64,000 nt of DNA from a bacterium (GCA_965209155.1 OZ242383.1:224001-288000); one strand, 5' to 3'. Counted from the first letter of the stretch, positions 47,018-57,491 are shown. Notes: a model not told the origin generated them from the sequence alone. Translations and numbers: made by a program.

Positions 47018-48049
47018 TTGAAAACCGTTCCTCGTTATCATATTACTCCGATTCTTGAAGGTGTGGTGCTGGCTATGTTGCTTATCACACCCTTATTAGC
47101 CAGCAGGTTCATGACCATCAGTCTCACCCCGATTCTGATCCTGGCCATGCTGGCCATCAGTTTTGATCTGTGCTGGGGCTATACCGGGATTCTATCTTTC
47201 GGCCAAGGCTTCTTCTTTGGGATCGGTGGTTACACAGTGGCACTGCTGATCAATAAGGCCCAGTTCCTCAACTTTTATGCCCTTTCTGCGGCTGCTATAC
47301 TGTCGGGGATTATAATTGCCGGTCTGTTTGGCGTTTTTTTATTTTTCGGCAGTCAAAGGCAGCAGGTAATCTTCATCGCTCTCAGTACCCTGGCGCTGTC
47401 ATATCTTGGAGAACGCCTGTTTAACGGCTGGTTTTGGGTCGGAGCTGCCAACGGCCAGAACATATGGGAAGTCGTTCACGTTATGGGGGTTGAACTCAAT
47501 CCCGGTATTTCCTTTTATTATTTCATCCTGTTTTTATTGGCTGTGATCTATCTTCTATGTCGCTTTGTGGTGAAATCACAGCTTGGCCTGGTTCTCTCCG
47601 GAGTACGTCAAAATGAGGAACGGTTGGATTTTCTTGGATATCGGATTCAAGTACCCAAGTTTTTAATCTTTGTTTTTGCCGCAGCGATCGCCGCTTTTGC
47701 CGGGGGGTTATACTCCCTGCACGAGGCCTTTGTGGGACCGGCTTCCATAGGCTGGATCTTTTCCACTTTTGCGGCCCTGTACTGCATTTTCGGGGGGAGC
47801 GGAACCCTGATCGGACCCATCATCGGCACCCTGGCCATTGAGTTAGCGAGGTTATACTTGACCGATATTGAGGAGATGCGGGCCTACTGGCAGATCGTAT
47901 TGGGGCTTCTCATGATTGGTGTTATCTTATTCCGACCGACAGGTATTGTTGGATTTATTGTCTCTGAAAAAGAACGCATCGGTTATTTCGGATACAAGGT
48001 AAGCAAGTGGCGTTTCAGAAAAAACCGGGCGCAAGAAGCCGGCATGTAG
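47018..48049 (+). CDS. ABC permease (LivM/UrtC-like)
   Basis: WGYTGILSFGQ, VRQNEERL..LGY and GGSGTLIGP motifs. Confidence 0.9.
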   Translation: MKTVPRYHITPILEGVVLAMLLITPLLASRFMTISLTPILILAMLAISFDLCWGYTGILSFGQGFFFGIGGYTVALLINKAQFLNFYALSAAAILSGIIIAGLFGVFLFFGSQRQQVIFIALSTLALSYLGERLFNGWFWVGAANGQNIWEVVHVMGVELNPGISFYYFILFLLAVIYLLCRFVVKSQLGLVLSGVRQNEERLDFLGYRIQVPKFLIFVFAAAIAAFAGGLYSLHEAFVGPASIGWIFSTFAALYCIFGGSGTLIGPIIGTLAIELARLYLTDIEEMRAYWQIVLGLLMIGVILFRPTGIVGFIVSEKERIGYFGYKVSKWRFRKNRAQEAGM

Positions 48050-48060
48050 GGGCCAAAGAT

Positions 48061-48858
48061 ATGACCCTTCTTGAAGCCAACGGCGTCTATAAATATTTTG
48101 GTTCGCTTTGCGCCTTACGTGATGTCAGTTTGGAGGTTGAACCCAACAGGATATTCGGCTTGATCGGACCAAACGGTTCCGGGAAAACAACGCTGATGAA
48201 AGTCATTTCTGGAGCCCACTATCCGGATAAAGGCACTGTTCGATTCAACGGCACAGACATTACTCGGTTGAGTCCGCACCAGCGAAGTCGTCTGGGTGTC
48301 AGCATCAAATTCCAGATCACTGCCGTATTTGAAGAATTGTGTGTTTATGACAATTTACTGATAGCCAAACAGGCCAACCAGTCTTCCTGGAAGCTGCTGT
48401 GGTCCAAAAGCAAGCGACTGTTGTATGATGAGATTTTAAACGTGTTGGAACAATTCCACCTGCGTGAACGTGCCTATGACCGCGTCAGCGATCTCAGTCA
48501 TGGCGAACAACAATGGCTGGAGATCTCCATGGCGACCCATGATCTGGTCGAAAACCTCAAATTCAGCCAGCAGCAGTGGCTGGAGATGTCCATGGCCACC
48601 GCTCTGAAGCCGCGATTGCTGCTTCTTGACGAACCCACGGCTGGGATGAGTCGAGAGGAACGCAAAACCACCGGGGAGATTCTGCAACTTGTAAAACAAA
48701 GCTGTGCCATTGTTATCGTGGAGCATGATCTCGATTTTATCAAAGATATCTGTGATCAGATCACTGTTCTGAATAACGGAGAAGTCCTGGATGAGGGAAC
48801 CCCCGCTCAGATCGAATCATCGGAAAAAGTAATCGAGGTCTATGCCAGCCGTGTCTGA
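48061..48858 (+). CDS. ABC ATPase (LivG/UrtD-like) with a 21-aa internal duplication
   Basis: GPNGSGKT, LSHGEQQWLE, LLLLDEP and VEHD motifs. Confidence 0.92.
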   Translation: MTLLEANGVYKYFGSLCALRDVSLEVEPNRIFGLIGPNGSGKTTLMKVISGAHYPDKGTVRFNGTDITRLSPHQRSRLGVSIKFQITAVFEELCVYDNLLIAKQANQSSWKLLWSKSKRLLYDEILNVLEQFHLRERAYDRVSDLSHGEQQWLEISMATHDLVENLKFSQQQWLEMSMATALKPRLLLLDEPTAGMSREERKTTGEILQLVKQSCAIVIVEHDLDFIKDICDQITVLNNGEVLDEGTPAQIESSEKVIEVYASRV

Positions 48859-49558
48859 AGATAAAAAAGTTTTGGAAATCAAAAAGTTAAATTCGGGATA
48901 CGGTCGTTCCCAGGTATTGTTCGATGTATCGATGACGGTTCCGGAAAAAGGCGGAGTCGCAATATTTGGCCGCAATGGCGTCGGCAAAACAACCTTGTTA
49001 AAATCCATCATAGGGGATGAAATTACCCAAACCGGTGGTTCCATTGAAATCGATGGAGAGGATATTAGCACTCACAATCACGAAAGGCGAGTCGCCAAAG
49101 GGATCGGCTATGTTCCCCAGGATCTTTCCATATTCTCGACGCTGACGGTTAAGGAAAACCTGATTTTGGGGACGCCCTCTAAAAAACCGAAAAGCGACAT
49201 CAGTTATGCCCTGGACATGTTCCCCAAGTTGAAAGATCGTATCAACCAAAAAGCCGGTACACTTTCCGGAGGTGAACGTAAGATGCTGACTATCGGCCGG
49301 GCCTTGCTGGGACAACCGCGCTTGCTGTTGCTGGATGAACCCTCGGAAGGCGTGTGGGTCGGTGTGGTTTCTGAGATTGGAGACCACTTATGCGATTTGG
49401 CCCGGCAGATGACAATTGTGATTGTTGAACAAAACATCGATCTGGGTTTGCGTGTGGCTAATAAGGCCTGTGTCATGCTCCGCGGGGAAATTGTTTTAAG
49501 CGGTTCCGCCAAGGAAATTCAAAAAGACAATCGACTGAAGCAGTATCTGGCCCCCTGA
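48842..49558 (+). CDS. ABC ATPase (LivF/UrtE-like)
   Basis: GRNGVGKT, LSGGE, LLLDEPSEG and VEQN motifs. Confidence 0.92.
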   Translation: MPAVSEDKKVLEIKKLNSGYGRSQVLFDVSMTVPEKGGVAIFGRNGVGKTTLLKSIIGDEITQTGGSIEIDGEDISTHNHERRVAKGIGYVPQDLSIFSTLTVKENLILGTPSKKPKSDISYALDMFPKLKDRINQKAGTLSGGERKMLTIGRALLGQPRLLLLDEPSEGVWVGVVSEIGDHLCDLARQMTIVIVEQNIDLGLRVANKACVMLRGEIVLSGSAKEIQKDNRLKQYLAP

Positions 49559-49573
49559 CAACCAGGGGCATCT

Positions 49574-49768
49574 TTTCAAAGGGCGACCGAGATGCTCGCA
49601 AATACCTCCCCCTTTGATATCACTCACCACCCGGCAATGGCCCTTCCGTGTGGGATGTCAGAGGGTCTCCCAGTGAGTTTGCAGCTCATTGGAAAGCATT
49701 TTGACGAATCCACCATTTACCGTGCCGCCCATGGGTTTCAGGAAGGAACGGATTGGAAGAAAATGTAA
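49574..49768 (+). pseudogene. C-terminal remnant of an amidase-signature amidase
   Basis: QRATEMLANTSPFDITHHPAMALPCGMSEGLPVSLQLIGKHFDESTIYRAAHGFQEGTDWKKM*; not in ORF track. Confidence 0.85.
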
Positions 49769-49811
49769 TTCAAAAAGCCTTACTATCGACTCCCCAAATA
49801 GAGGTACTTCA

Positions 49812-51413
49812 ATGACTTATGATCCTCGCATACCGGCACGTGAAATTTGTGTTCTTGGTTATCAAATCGAACACTGGGCGCTCAAGAAACCCGATGCAAT
49901 CGCAATCATGTTCTATGGTGGTGAGACATGGACCTGGCGTCAAACTTTAGAATTGACACAACGCACAGCCAAGGGGCTTCAAGCAATGGGTGTCAAAAAA
50001 GGCGATCATGTACTCTCCTGGCAACCGAACAATCGGGAAGCGGTCCTCACTTGGTTTGGTCTCAATTATTTAGGAGCGGTCTATGTGCCCGTGAACACCG
50101 CTTATAAAGGCACACTTCTGCAACATGTGGTGCAATTATCCGATGCCACATTGATGGTTTGTCATGCCGATCTTGCCCCGCGTCTAAATGACATCGACAC
50201 AGGCTTGCTACGGGATGTCATCATCACCCATGGGGAAACCTCCTTACCAAACCTGACCCCTCATCCAGCATCCGCTCTCATCTCCGATCAGGGCCTCTCG
50301 GAGATGCCGGAAGTGGTCGAGCCCTGGGACACACAGTATATTATCTTCACTTCAGGCACCACTGGTCCCTCCAAAGCGGTGCTTTCTTCTTATCTTCAAG
50401 GCTATTCCATGGGGCCGGATTCTAGCGTTTTTATTGAAGAAAGCGATCGGATTTTGACCAACCTGCCTATGTTCCATGTCGGCGGGACGCTCCAATTCAT
50501 CACCACACTTGCCAATGGAGGTTCTTGTTTTTTAGACACTCATTTCAAGACTAATGAATTTTGGCAGACCGTTCGCGAGAATGAAACCACTGCGACCAGC
50601 CTGGTGGGTGCAATGATCCCGTTCCTTCTGAAATTACCACCAGGCCCTCATGACAATGATCTTTTTTTGAAGAAAGCCGTCTGCCTTCCCTGGAATGAGG
50701 ATGCCATGGCAGTAGGGCGTCGCTATGGCATCGACATGTACACCGTTTTCAACATGACGGAAATATCCTCGCCCATTGTTTCAGAACCCTATCCGCCGGG
50801 AAGCGGTACTTGCGGGAAAGTCCGTGAAGGTGTGGAAGCTCGTGTTGTTGATGAAAACGATTGCGAGGTCGGCCTTGGGGTCACCGGTGAGCTTATCTTA
50901 CGAACCGATCGTCCGTGGGCGATGAACCATGGTTATTACAAGAATCCGGAAGCAACCGCTAAAGCCTGGCGTAACGGTTGGTTCCACACAGGGGACGCTT
51001 TCAAATATGACGAGAATGGGTATTTTTACTTTGTTGATCGCATCAAAGACGCTATTCGTCGCCGTGGTGAGAATATTTCTTCTTTTGAAGTGGAAAGCGA
51101 GGTCACCGCTTTCGCCACAGTGCGTGAAGCGGCGGCGATTCCCGTCCCCAGTGAGCTTAGCGAGGACGAAGTGATGGTTGTGGTGGCTCCGGTGTCGGAT
51201 CAGCAGATCGAACCCAAGGAACTCTTCCATTTTCTCCAACCGCGTATGGCTCACTTCATGCTGCCCAGATTTATTCGGATTGTCGACGAATTGCCCAAAA
51301 CCCCCACCCAGAAAGTACAAAAAAATCTTCTCAAAGAGACAGGAATCACTCCCGATACTTGGGATCGGGAGGCTGTAGGAATCAAAGTAAAGCGAGAAAA
51401 GATCGGTGTGTAG
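49812..51413 (+). CDS. AMP-binding acyl-CoA ligase (CaiC-like)
   Basis: FTSGTTGPSK, NMTE, WFHTGD, DRIKDAIRRRGENIS and LPKTPTQK motifs; GAGG RBS before ATG 49812. Confidence 0.92.
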   Translation: MTYDPRIPAREICVLGYQIEHWALKKPDAIAIMFYGGETWTWRQTLELTQRTAKGLQAMGVKKGDHVLSWQPNNREAVLTWFGLNYLGAVYVPVNTAYKGTLLQHVVQLSDATLMVCHADLAPRLNDIDTGLLRDVIITHGETSLPNLTPHPASALISDQGLSEMPEVVEPWDTQYIIFTSGTTGPSKAVLSSYLQGYSMGPDSSVFIEESDRILTNLPMFHVGGTLQFITTLANGGSCFLDTHFKTNEFWQTVRENETTATSLVGAMIPFLLKLPPGPHDNDLFLKKAVCLPWNEDAMAVGRRYGIDMYTVFNMTEISSPIVSEPYPPGSGTCGKVREGVEARVVDENDCEVGLGVTGELILRTDRPWAMNHGYYKNPEATAKAWRNGWFHTGDAFKYDENGYFYFVDRIKDAIRRRGENISSFEVESEVTAFATVREAAAIPVPSELSEDEVMVVVAPVSDQQIEPKELFHFLQPRMAHFMLPRFIRIVDELPKTPTQKVQKNLLKETGITPDTWDREAVGIKVKREKIGV

Positions 51414-51424
51414 TAAGGAGTTCC

Positions 51425-54400
51425 ATGAAATTCAATCGTATCCTCATCGCCAATCGTGGAGAAATAGCCATCAGAATTGCTCGGGCCGCGACCGACTTAG
51501 GGTTACGCACGGTGGCCATTTACTCTGAAGATGACGCAAGATCGTTACATACCCGAATGGCTGATGAAGCTCACCGTTTAGCGGGACATGGCGTCTCCGC
51601 TTATCTCGACATCGACAGTGTGATTCAAGCAGCGAAAGCCACACAATGTGAGGCCATCCACCCGGGTTATGGATTTTTAGCGGAAAATGGGATGTTTGCC
51701 CGTCGCTGCCAGGAAGCCGGACTGACCTTTATTGGTCCGGCAGTGGAAGTGTTGGAGTTGTTTGGTGACAAAGGACGGGCACGGGCAGCGGCAGCGGCAG
51801 CGGACGTCCCCATTGTCCGAGGCATCAACCAGGCCGTCTCTGTCGAGGAGGCACAGGATTTTTTTACCTCCCTCGATCCGGGCAGCGGTATGATGATTAA
51901 AGCGGTCGCCGGAGGGGGTGGCCGGGGGGCTCGAGCGATCACCCGGCTTGATCAGATCGAAGCTGCCTATATAAGATGCCAGTCTGAGGCGCTCAGTGCC
52001 TTTGGTAAGGGTGATCTCTATGTGGAAGAGCTGATCAATCCTGCCCGCCACATTGAAGTTCAAATTCTTGGAGATTTAAACGGAACCGTGATGAACCTGG
52101 GTGAGCGTGATTGTAGTCTTCAGCGGCGCTATCAAAAAATGGTGGAGATCGCCCCTGCTCCCCACCTGCCGGAAAAGCTGCGCTCAGATATGATTGATGC
52201 CGCCATGCGATTGGCCAAGAGCGTTTCCTACACCAATCTCGGTACCATTGAATTTTTAGTCAAAATGAATCCCGGAGCAGAAGAGCAGCCCTTTGCTTTT
52301 ATAGAAGCCAATGCCCGTTTACAAGTTGAACACACCGTGACGGAAGCCGTCACAGGAGTCGACCTGGTTCAGACGCAAATTTGCCTCGCCGCGGGAGAGT
52401 CTCTGCAAGCCCTGGGATTAGAGACAGCGGGCATTGATAAACCTCGAGGTTATGCCATCCAAACCCGGATTAACATGGAAACCTTGACGGCTGATGGCAG
52501 CATTCGTCCGGCAGGGGGAACCCTTTCTACTTATGAGGTGCCCGGAGGGACGGGAGTGCGGACGGATGGATTCGGCTATCGCGGATATGAAACGAATCCC
52601 TCCTTCGACTCGTTGCTGGCCAAATTAATTGTCCACACCCCCTCAACGGATTTTGCCAGATCTCTCTCAAGAACAACACGGACGCTCAATGAGTTTCGCA
52701 TTGAAGGAGTCGCCACCTCGATTCCCTTTTTACAAAACCTGCTGCAGCATCCCGATGTGGCTTCCTGGCAAGTGCATACCCGATTTGTTGAAGAGAACCT
52801 GACGTGGCTCACTCAAATTGATCCAATCCCCCAACCCCGCTACTTCAGCACGACCCAACCCCCGTTGAATGAAAAACCGGATTTCCGCTCAGCTGGCTTG
52901 GCAGGTGCCCAGATTGATACCCAGGATCCCCTGGCTCTTTTCTCACATGATCAGACCATGAAAAGAGCACAAAGCGAATCAGCTTCAGAAGCTGAAACGG
53001 CTGCCCCAGACCTAGCCGGACCCGACGGGACCATCGCTCTCCCGGTTCCCATTCAAGGGACGATCGTCAGTGTGATGGTTGCTGAAGGGGACCGCATCAA
53101 CCGGGGTCAACCACTGGCCGTCTTGGAAGCGATGAAAATGGAACATGTCATTTCAGCCGATCACAGCGGGACCATCCGGCGCACTACCCTGGCGGTTGGG
53201 GATGTCATCCGTGAGGGATATCCTCTATTTTTTATTGAAACCCGTGAAGGCCAAACCGATTTAGATGAGGTTGCCGATACCATTGACTTGGATTATATCC
53301 GCCCTGACTTGGAGGAGACCTACCAACGACATGCCTACACTTTAGACGAAAATCGTCCTGAGGCGGTGGCCCGGCGCCGAAAAACCGGGCAACGGACAGC
53401 CCGGGAAAATATTATTGATCTTTGTGACCCTGACACTTTCTTCGAGTATGGAGCTTTAGCCGTCGCAGCGCAACGATCCCGACGAGATGAAGAATATCTT
53501 CGCAAATACACTCCCGCCGATGGTTTATTAGCGGGTGTCGGAACGGTAAATGGGGAACTGTTTGAAGGAGAGGACGCGCGGTGTATGGCCATTGCCTATG
53601 ATTACACCGTTTTGGCAGGGACCCAAGGATTACGAAATCATTACAAAAAAGATCGCATGTTTCAACTGGCAGATCGTTATCAATTACCGATGGTCATTTT
53701 CACAGAGGGAGGAGGGGGACGGCCTGGAGATACCGATGGCGCGTCTCCTGTGGGCATGGATTCCTATGCTCACACCCTGTTTGCTAAGCTCAGTGGTTTG
53801 GTTCCTTTGGTCGGGGTCAATTCAGGACGCTGCTTTGCAGGCAATACGGCTCTGCTGGCTTGCTGTGATGTCATCATTGCCACTGCCAATTCCACCATCG
53901 GTATGGGGGGTCCCGCAATGATTGAAGGAGGAGGGCTCGGTATTTACACACCGGAAGAAGTCGGCCCCATGTCCATCCAGGTTCCGAACGGCGTCGTTGA
54001 TATCCTGGTTGAAGATGAGGAAGCCGCGGTGGCCACTGCTAAAAAGTACCTTTCCTACTTTCAAGGCCCCATCCCGGACTGGGAATCTCCGGATCAAAGG
54101 ATTTTGCGGCACATTATTCCCGAGAACCGGGTAAGAATGTACAATGTGCGGGATATCATCGAGACCCTGGCCGATCACGATTCGGTGCTGGAGATCCGTA
54201 AAGATTTCGGGATTGGGATTATTACTGCGTTGATTCGCATTGAAGGCCTCCCCCTGGGATTGATTGCCAACAACCCTCACCATTTAGCCGGTGCGGTCGA
54301 CAGCGATGCGGCAGATAAGGGAGCGCGCTTTCTGCAACTCTGTGATGCCTTTGATCTTCCTATCGTGAGTTTGATGGACTGCCCAGGAATTATGGTCGGC

Positions 54401-54853
54401 CCGGAAGCAGAAACCACCGCCCTGGTTCGGCATAGTGCGCGGCTCTTCAACACCGGTGCAAATCTCTCTGTACCCTTGTTCGGCTTGATCTTACGCAAGG
54501 CCTACGGGCTGGGAATACAAGCCATGTGTGGGGGGAGTTCTCTTGAGACCTTCTTTACCGCGGCATGGCCTACCGCAGAGTTTTCCATGATGAATATTGA
54601 GGGGGCGGTCAAACTAGGCTATCGCAAGGAATTAGCCGCCATCGAGGATCCGGAAGAACGACGGATCCAATACGATGCGATGGTCGCTGAGAGCTATGAA
54701 AACGCGAAAGCTTTACACGCGGCCAGCTATTTCGGGATTGATGATGTCATTGATCCCGCAGATTCTCGTCGTTGGATCATGGCCGGGTTGCGGAGTGTCC
54801 CTTCTCCTCCCCCTCGCACCAGTAAAAAGAGACCCTTTGTTGACACATGGTAA
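51425..54853 (+). CDS. Single-chain biotin-dependent acyl-CoA carboxylase (BC-BCCP-CT)
   Basis: ILIANRGEIA, HPGYGFLAEN, RLQVEH, biotinyl site EAMKME and a carboxyltransferase domain (DYTVLAGTQG, DCPGIMVG). Confidence 0.93.
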   Translation: MKFNRILIANRGEIAIRIARAATDLGLRTVAIYSEDDARSLHTRMADEAHRLAGHGVSAYLDIDSVIQAAKATQCEAIHPGYGFLAENGMFARRCQEAGLTFIGPAVEVLELFGDKGRARAAAAAADVPIVRGINQAVSVEEAQDFFTSLDPGSGMMIKAVAGGGGRGARAITRLDQIEAAYIRCQSEALSAFGKGDLYVEELINPARHIEVQILGDLNGTVMNLGERDCSLQRRYQKMVEIAPAPHLPEKLRSDMIDAAMRLAKSVSYTNLGTIEFLVKMNPGAEEQPFAFIEANARLQVEHTVTEAVTGVDLVQTQICLAAGESLQALGLETAGIDKPRGYAIQTRINMETLTADGSIRPAGGTLSTYEVPGGTGVRTDGFGYRGYETNPSFDSLLAKLIVHTPSTDFARSLSRTTRTLNEFRIEGVATSIPFLQNLLQHPDVASWQVHTRFVEENLTWLTQIDPIPQPRYFSTTQPPLNEKPDFRSAGLAGAQIDTQDPLALFSHDQTMKRAQSESASEAETAAPDLAGPDGTIALPVPIQGTIVSVMVAEGDRINRGQPLAVLEAMKMEHVISADHSGTIRRTTLAVGDVIREGYPLFFIETREGQTDLDEVADTIDLDYIRPDLEETYQRHAYTLDENRPEAVARRRKTGQRTARENIIDLCDPDTFFEYGALAVAAQRSRRDEEYLRKYTPADGLLAGVGTVNGELFEGEDARCMAIAYDYTVLAGTQGLRNHYKKDRMFQLADRYQLPMVIFTEGGGGRPGDTDGASPVGMDSYAHTLFAKLSGLVPLVGVNSGRCFAGNTALLACCDVIIATANSTIGMGGPAMIEGGGLGIYTPEEVGPMSIQVPNGVVDILVEDEEAAVATAKKYLSYFQGPIPDWESPDQRILRHIIPENRVRMYNVRDIIETLADHDSVLEIRKDFGIGIITALIRIEGLPLGLIANNPHHLAGAVDSDAADKGARFLQLCDAFDLPIVSLMDCPGIMVGPEAETTALVRHSARLFNTGANLSVPLFGLILRKAYGLGIQAMCGGSSLETFFTAAWPTAEFSMMNIEGAVKLGYRKELAAIEDPEERRIQYDAMVAESYENAKALHAASYFGIDDVIDPADSRRWIMAGLRSVPSPPPRTSKKRPFVDTW

Positions 54854-54964
54854 GGATGATTCTACTCGGATGGTGCTGGCCCAGCTTGAATTGCTCAAGT
54901 ATCAAAATTGATTTTCTCGGGGTGATCAGCAAATTGCTATGATGAGAATTGTTAAGGAAACCCT

Positions 54965-55078
54965 ATGAAATTTGAAACCATGCTATATGAAGTCAAAGAC
55001 GAAATATTAACCATCACCTTGAAGGGAACTTCTCGAATCTACGAATTCTTTATTAATTTGAATAGGTATCCACTATGA
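54965..55078 (+). pseudogene. 5' stub of an enoyl-CoA hydratase gene
   Basis: AAGGA RBS then MKFETMLYEVKDEILTITL, a crotonase-type N-terminus that turns to unrelated sequence after about 19 codons. Confidence 0.65.
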
Positions 55079-55091
55079 AAGGAGAACAACC

Positions 55092-55970
55092 ATGAGTGAT
55101 TTTGAAACTATCAAGACGGACCACGTTGGTACCGATGGACGCGTCGGCCGTATCACCCTCAACCGACCGGAGAAAATGAACGCGCTCTCCGAGGAGTTGC
55201 TGTATGAACTGAACGAGGCGCTCCACGACATGGAGGCCGACAGCGACGTACGCGTGATAATCGTGCGCGGCGAAGGCAGAACCTTCAGTGCAGGTTACGA
55301 TCTCACGCCGTCGCACGGGGGTGCGGACGCGGTCGTCCGCAGTCACAAGCAGCGAGACGCGAAAGATCGCCGGCTCATGATGGGTCTCAGAACCGGCATG
55401 CAACAGATCACCGATATCCACATGTATTTCTGGAATATGGCGAAGGTTACGATTGCGCAGGTGCACGGCTATGCGATTGCCGGCGGCTGCGAACTGGCGA
55501 TGATGGCCGATCTTGTCGTTGCCGCCGAGGACGCACAACTCGGACACCCGGGAGTGCGCCTCGGTACCTCCCGAACCGGTGTTATCTGGCCGCTCGTCAT
55601 CGGCATGCGCAAGGCGAAGGAGCTGTATTACACGGGAGATAACGTCACCGGCAAGGAAGCGGAGGAGATCGGCATGATCAACTACGCCTGGCCGCTCGAG
55701 GAACTCGACGAGCGAACCCTCGCGTTTGCCGACCGGCTCGCGATCATGTCCGCCGACCATCTCGCGATCCTCAAGGTCAACATGAATCGCTTCTACGAGA
55801 ACATGGGAATCTACTCGTCCGTGCGCAGCAGTACCGACCTCGACGCGATGGGCCAATTCACCGAGCGCACCTACCAGTACCAGGACATGATGCGCGAGCA
55901 TGGGCTCAAGGACGCGTTGGCCTGGCGCGACGGACCGTTCAAAGGTAGTGATACCTACAAGAAGAAGTAG
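55092..55970 (+). CDS. Enoyl-CoA hydratase/isomerase (crotonase) family protein
   Basis: ITLNRPEKMNAL, FSAGYDL and VHGYAIAGGCELA motifs. Confidence 0.92.
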   Translation: MSDFETIKTDHVGTDGRVGRITLNRPEKMNALSEELLYELNEALHDMEADSDVRVIIVRGEGRTFSAGYDLTPSHGGADAVVRSHKQRDAKDRRLMMGLRTGMQQITDIHMYFWNMAKVTIAQVHGYAIAGGCELAMMADLVVAAEDAQLGHPGVRLGTSRTGVIWPLVIGMRKAKELYYTGDNVTGKEAEEIGMINYAWPLEELDERTLAFADRLAIMSADHLAILKVNMNRFYENMGIYSSVRSSTDLDAMGQFTERTYQYQDMMREHGLKDALAWRDGPFKGSDTYKKK

Positions 55971-55986
55971 CTCGACAGCCAAAAGT

Positions 55987-56015
55987 CAGGCATGCCGACG
56001 CCCTCGGCGTGCCTG
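55987..56015. terminator. Hairpin downstream of the crotonase gene
   Basis: CAGGCATGCCGA-CGCCC-TCGGCGTGCCTG; no clear U-tail. Confidence 0.4.
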
Positions 56016-56156
56016 CCGAAAGATGAATCAGCATTTTCCGACCCGCTTTACACACTCATTTGCAAAAGGTAAGGGCTTTTGCAAATTTTTGATTTTCCTA
56101 TATTGAAAACCATTTGCTTAATGCGAAGTCAAGATTTGACCAAAAAGGGAGCCATT

Positions 56157-57476
56157 ATGACTGCAGCGACACACGAAGGGATGAGCGCTTATTGGATGCC
56201 CATGACCCCCAATCGAAATTTCAAATCCAATCCCAAGTTGATCGAAACTGCAGAGGGGATGTATTACTATTCCTCTGACGGCCAAAAGCTGATGGATAGC
56301 ACTGCAGGGCTATGGTGCGTCAATGCAGGACATGGTCGTATCGAAATTCAAGAAGCGGTGACCGAGCAAATGAAAAAATTGGACTATGCATCCAGTTTCT
56401 CATTGGGACATCCGCTGGCCTTTGAGTTTGCTCAAAGACTGGTCACACACGCTCCTGGAGATCTGGATCATGTATTCTTCACAAATTCAGGGTCTGAATC
56501 CGTCGACACTGCCCTCAAAATCGCATTGAATTATCAGCGCATCAAAGGCGAGGGATCCCGCATCATGCTCATAGGGCGTCAAAAAGCATACCACGGAATG
56601 GGTTTTGGAGGCTTGACGGTGGGTGGATTGACCCCCCATCGAAAGTCGTTTGGACCTTTGTTGCCTGTTCGAGACCACTTGCCTCATACGATGCCTCCCG
56701 AAGGAAAAAAATATGCCAGAGGATTGCAGGACGAAAATGAATTTTTAGGTCAGGCCTTTGAAGAGATGGTTGCCTTTCATGATCCTTCCAACATTGCAGC
56801 AGTGATTGTCGAACCTGTGGCAGGAGCGGGTGGAGTGATCGTACCCCCAAAAAACTATCTCAAGCGCATGCGCGAAATTTGTGATCAGCATGGGATTTTG
56901 CTCATTTTCGATGAAGTGATCACTGGATTTGGGCGATTGGGCAGCAGTTTTGCAGCCAAACGATTTGATGTGATCCCTGACTTGATGACCACTGCAAAAG
57001 GAATCACCAATGGAAACATCCCAATGGGAGCTGTTTTCGTACGAAAGCATATTTATAACACCTTCATGTCGATTCCAGAAGAAGGAATGGAATTGTTTCA
57101 TGGCTACACCTATTCAGGGCATCCTGTAGCCTGCGCGGCAGGAATGGCGACACTCAACATTTATGAAAATGAAGGATTGTTTGATCGAACAGCGGGATTG
57201 GAAGATCACTGGGAAAACTCAGCACACAATCTTAAAGATTTTCCTCATGTCAAAGATATAAGGAATCTAGGATTGATGGCTGCTGTGGAGCTCGAATCTC
57301 GACCTGACCAGTTTGGGGCAATTGGTGCAGAGGTGTTCGCCAAATGCTACGAAAAAGGAATCCTCATGAGGAGTCTGGGGGACACTTTAGCGTTTTCTCC
57401 TCCTTTGATTATTGAAAAAGAAGAAATTGACCAAATTTTTGAGACCGTTGGAGAGGTTTTAAAAGAAATCAACTAA
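56157..57476 (+). CDS. Class III aminotransferase (omega-amino acid/beta-alanine:pyruvate type)
   Basis: AGLWCVNAGH, NSGSESVD, AYHG, FDEVITGFGR, AKG and HGYTYSGHP motifs. Confidence 0.93.
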   Translation: MTAATHEGMSAYWMPMTPNRNFKSNPKLIETAEGMYYYSSDGQKLMDSTAGLWCVNAGHGRIEIQEAVTEQMKKLDYASSFSLGHPLAFEFAQRLVTHAPGDLDHVFFTNSGSESVDTALKIALNYQRIKGEGSRIMLIGRQKAYHGMGFGGLTVGGLTPHRKSFGPLLPVRDHLPHTMPPEGKKYARGLQDENEFLGQAFEEMVAFHDPSNIAAVIVEPVAGAGGVIVPPKNYLKRMREICDQHGILLIFDEVITGFGRLGSSFAAKRFDVIPDLMTTAKGITNGNIPMGAVFVRKHIYNTFMSIPEEGMELFHGYTYSGHPVACAAGMATLNIYENEGLFDRTAGLEDHWENSAHNLKDFPHVKDIRNLGLMAAVELESRPDQFGAIGAEVFAKCYEKGILMRSLGDTLAFSPPLIIEKEEIDQIFETVGEVLKEIN

Positions 57477-57491
57477 AAGGAAGATAAGCTT

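Noticed and set aside
55053..55982. 309-aa minus-strand ORF
   Set aside because: Antisense shadow of the GC-rich crotonase gene; no recognisable motifs.
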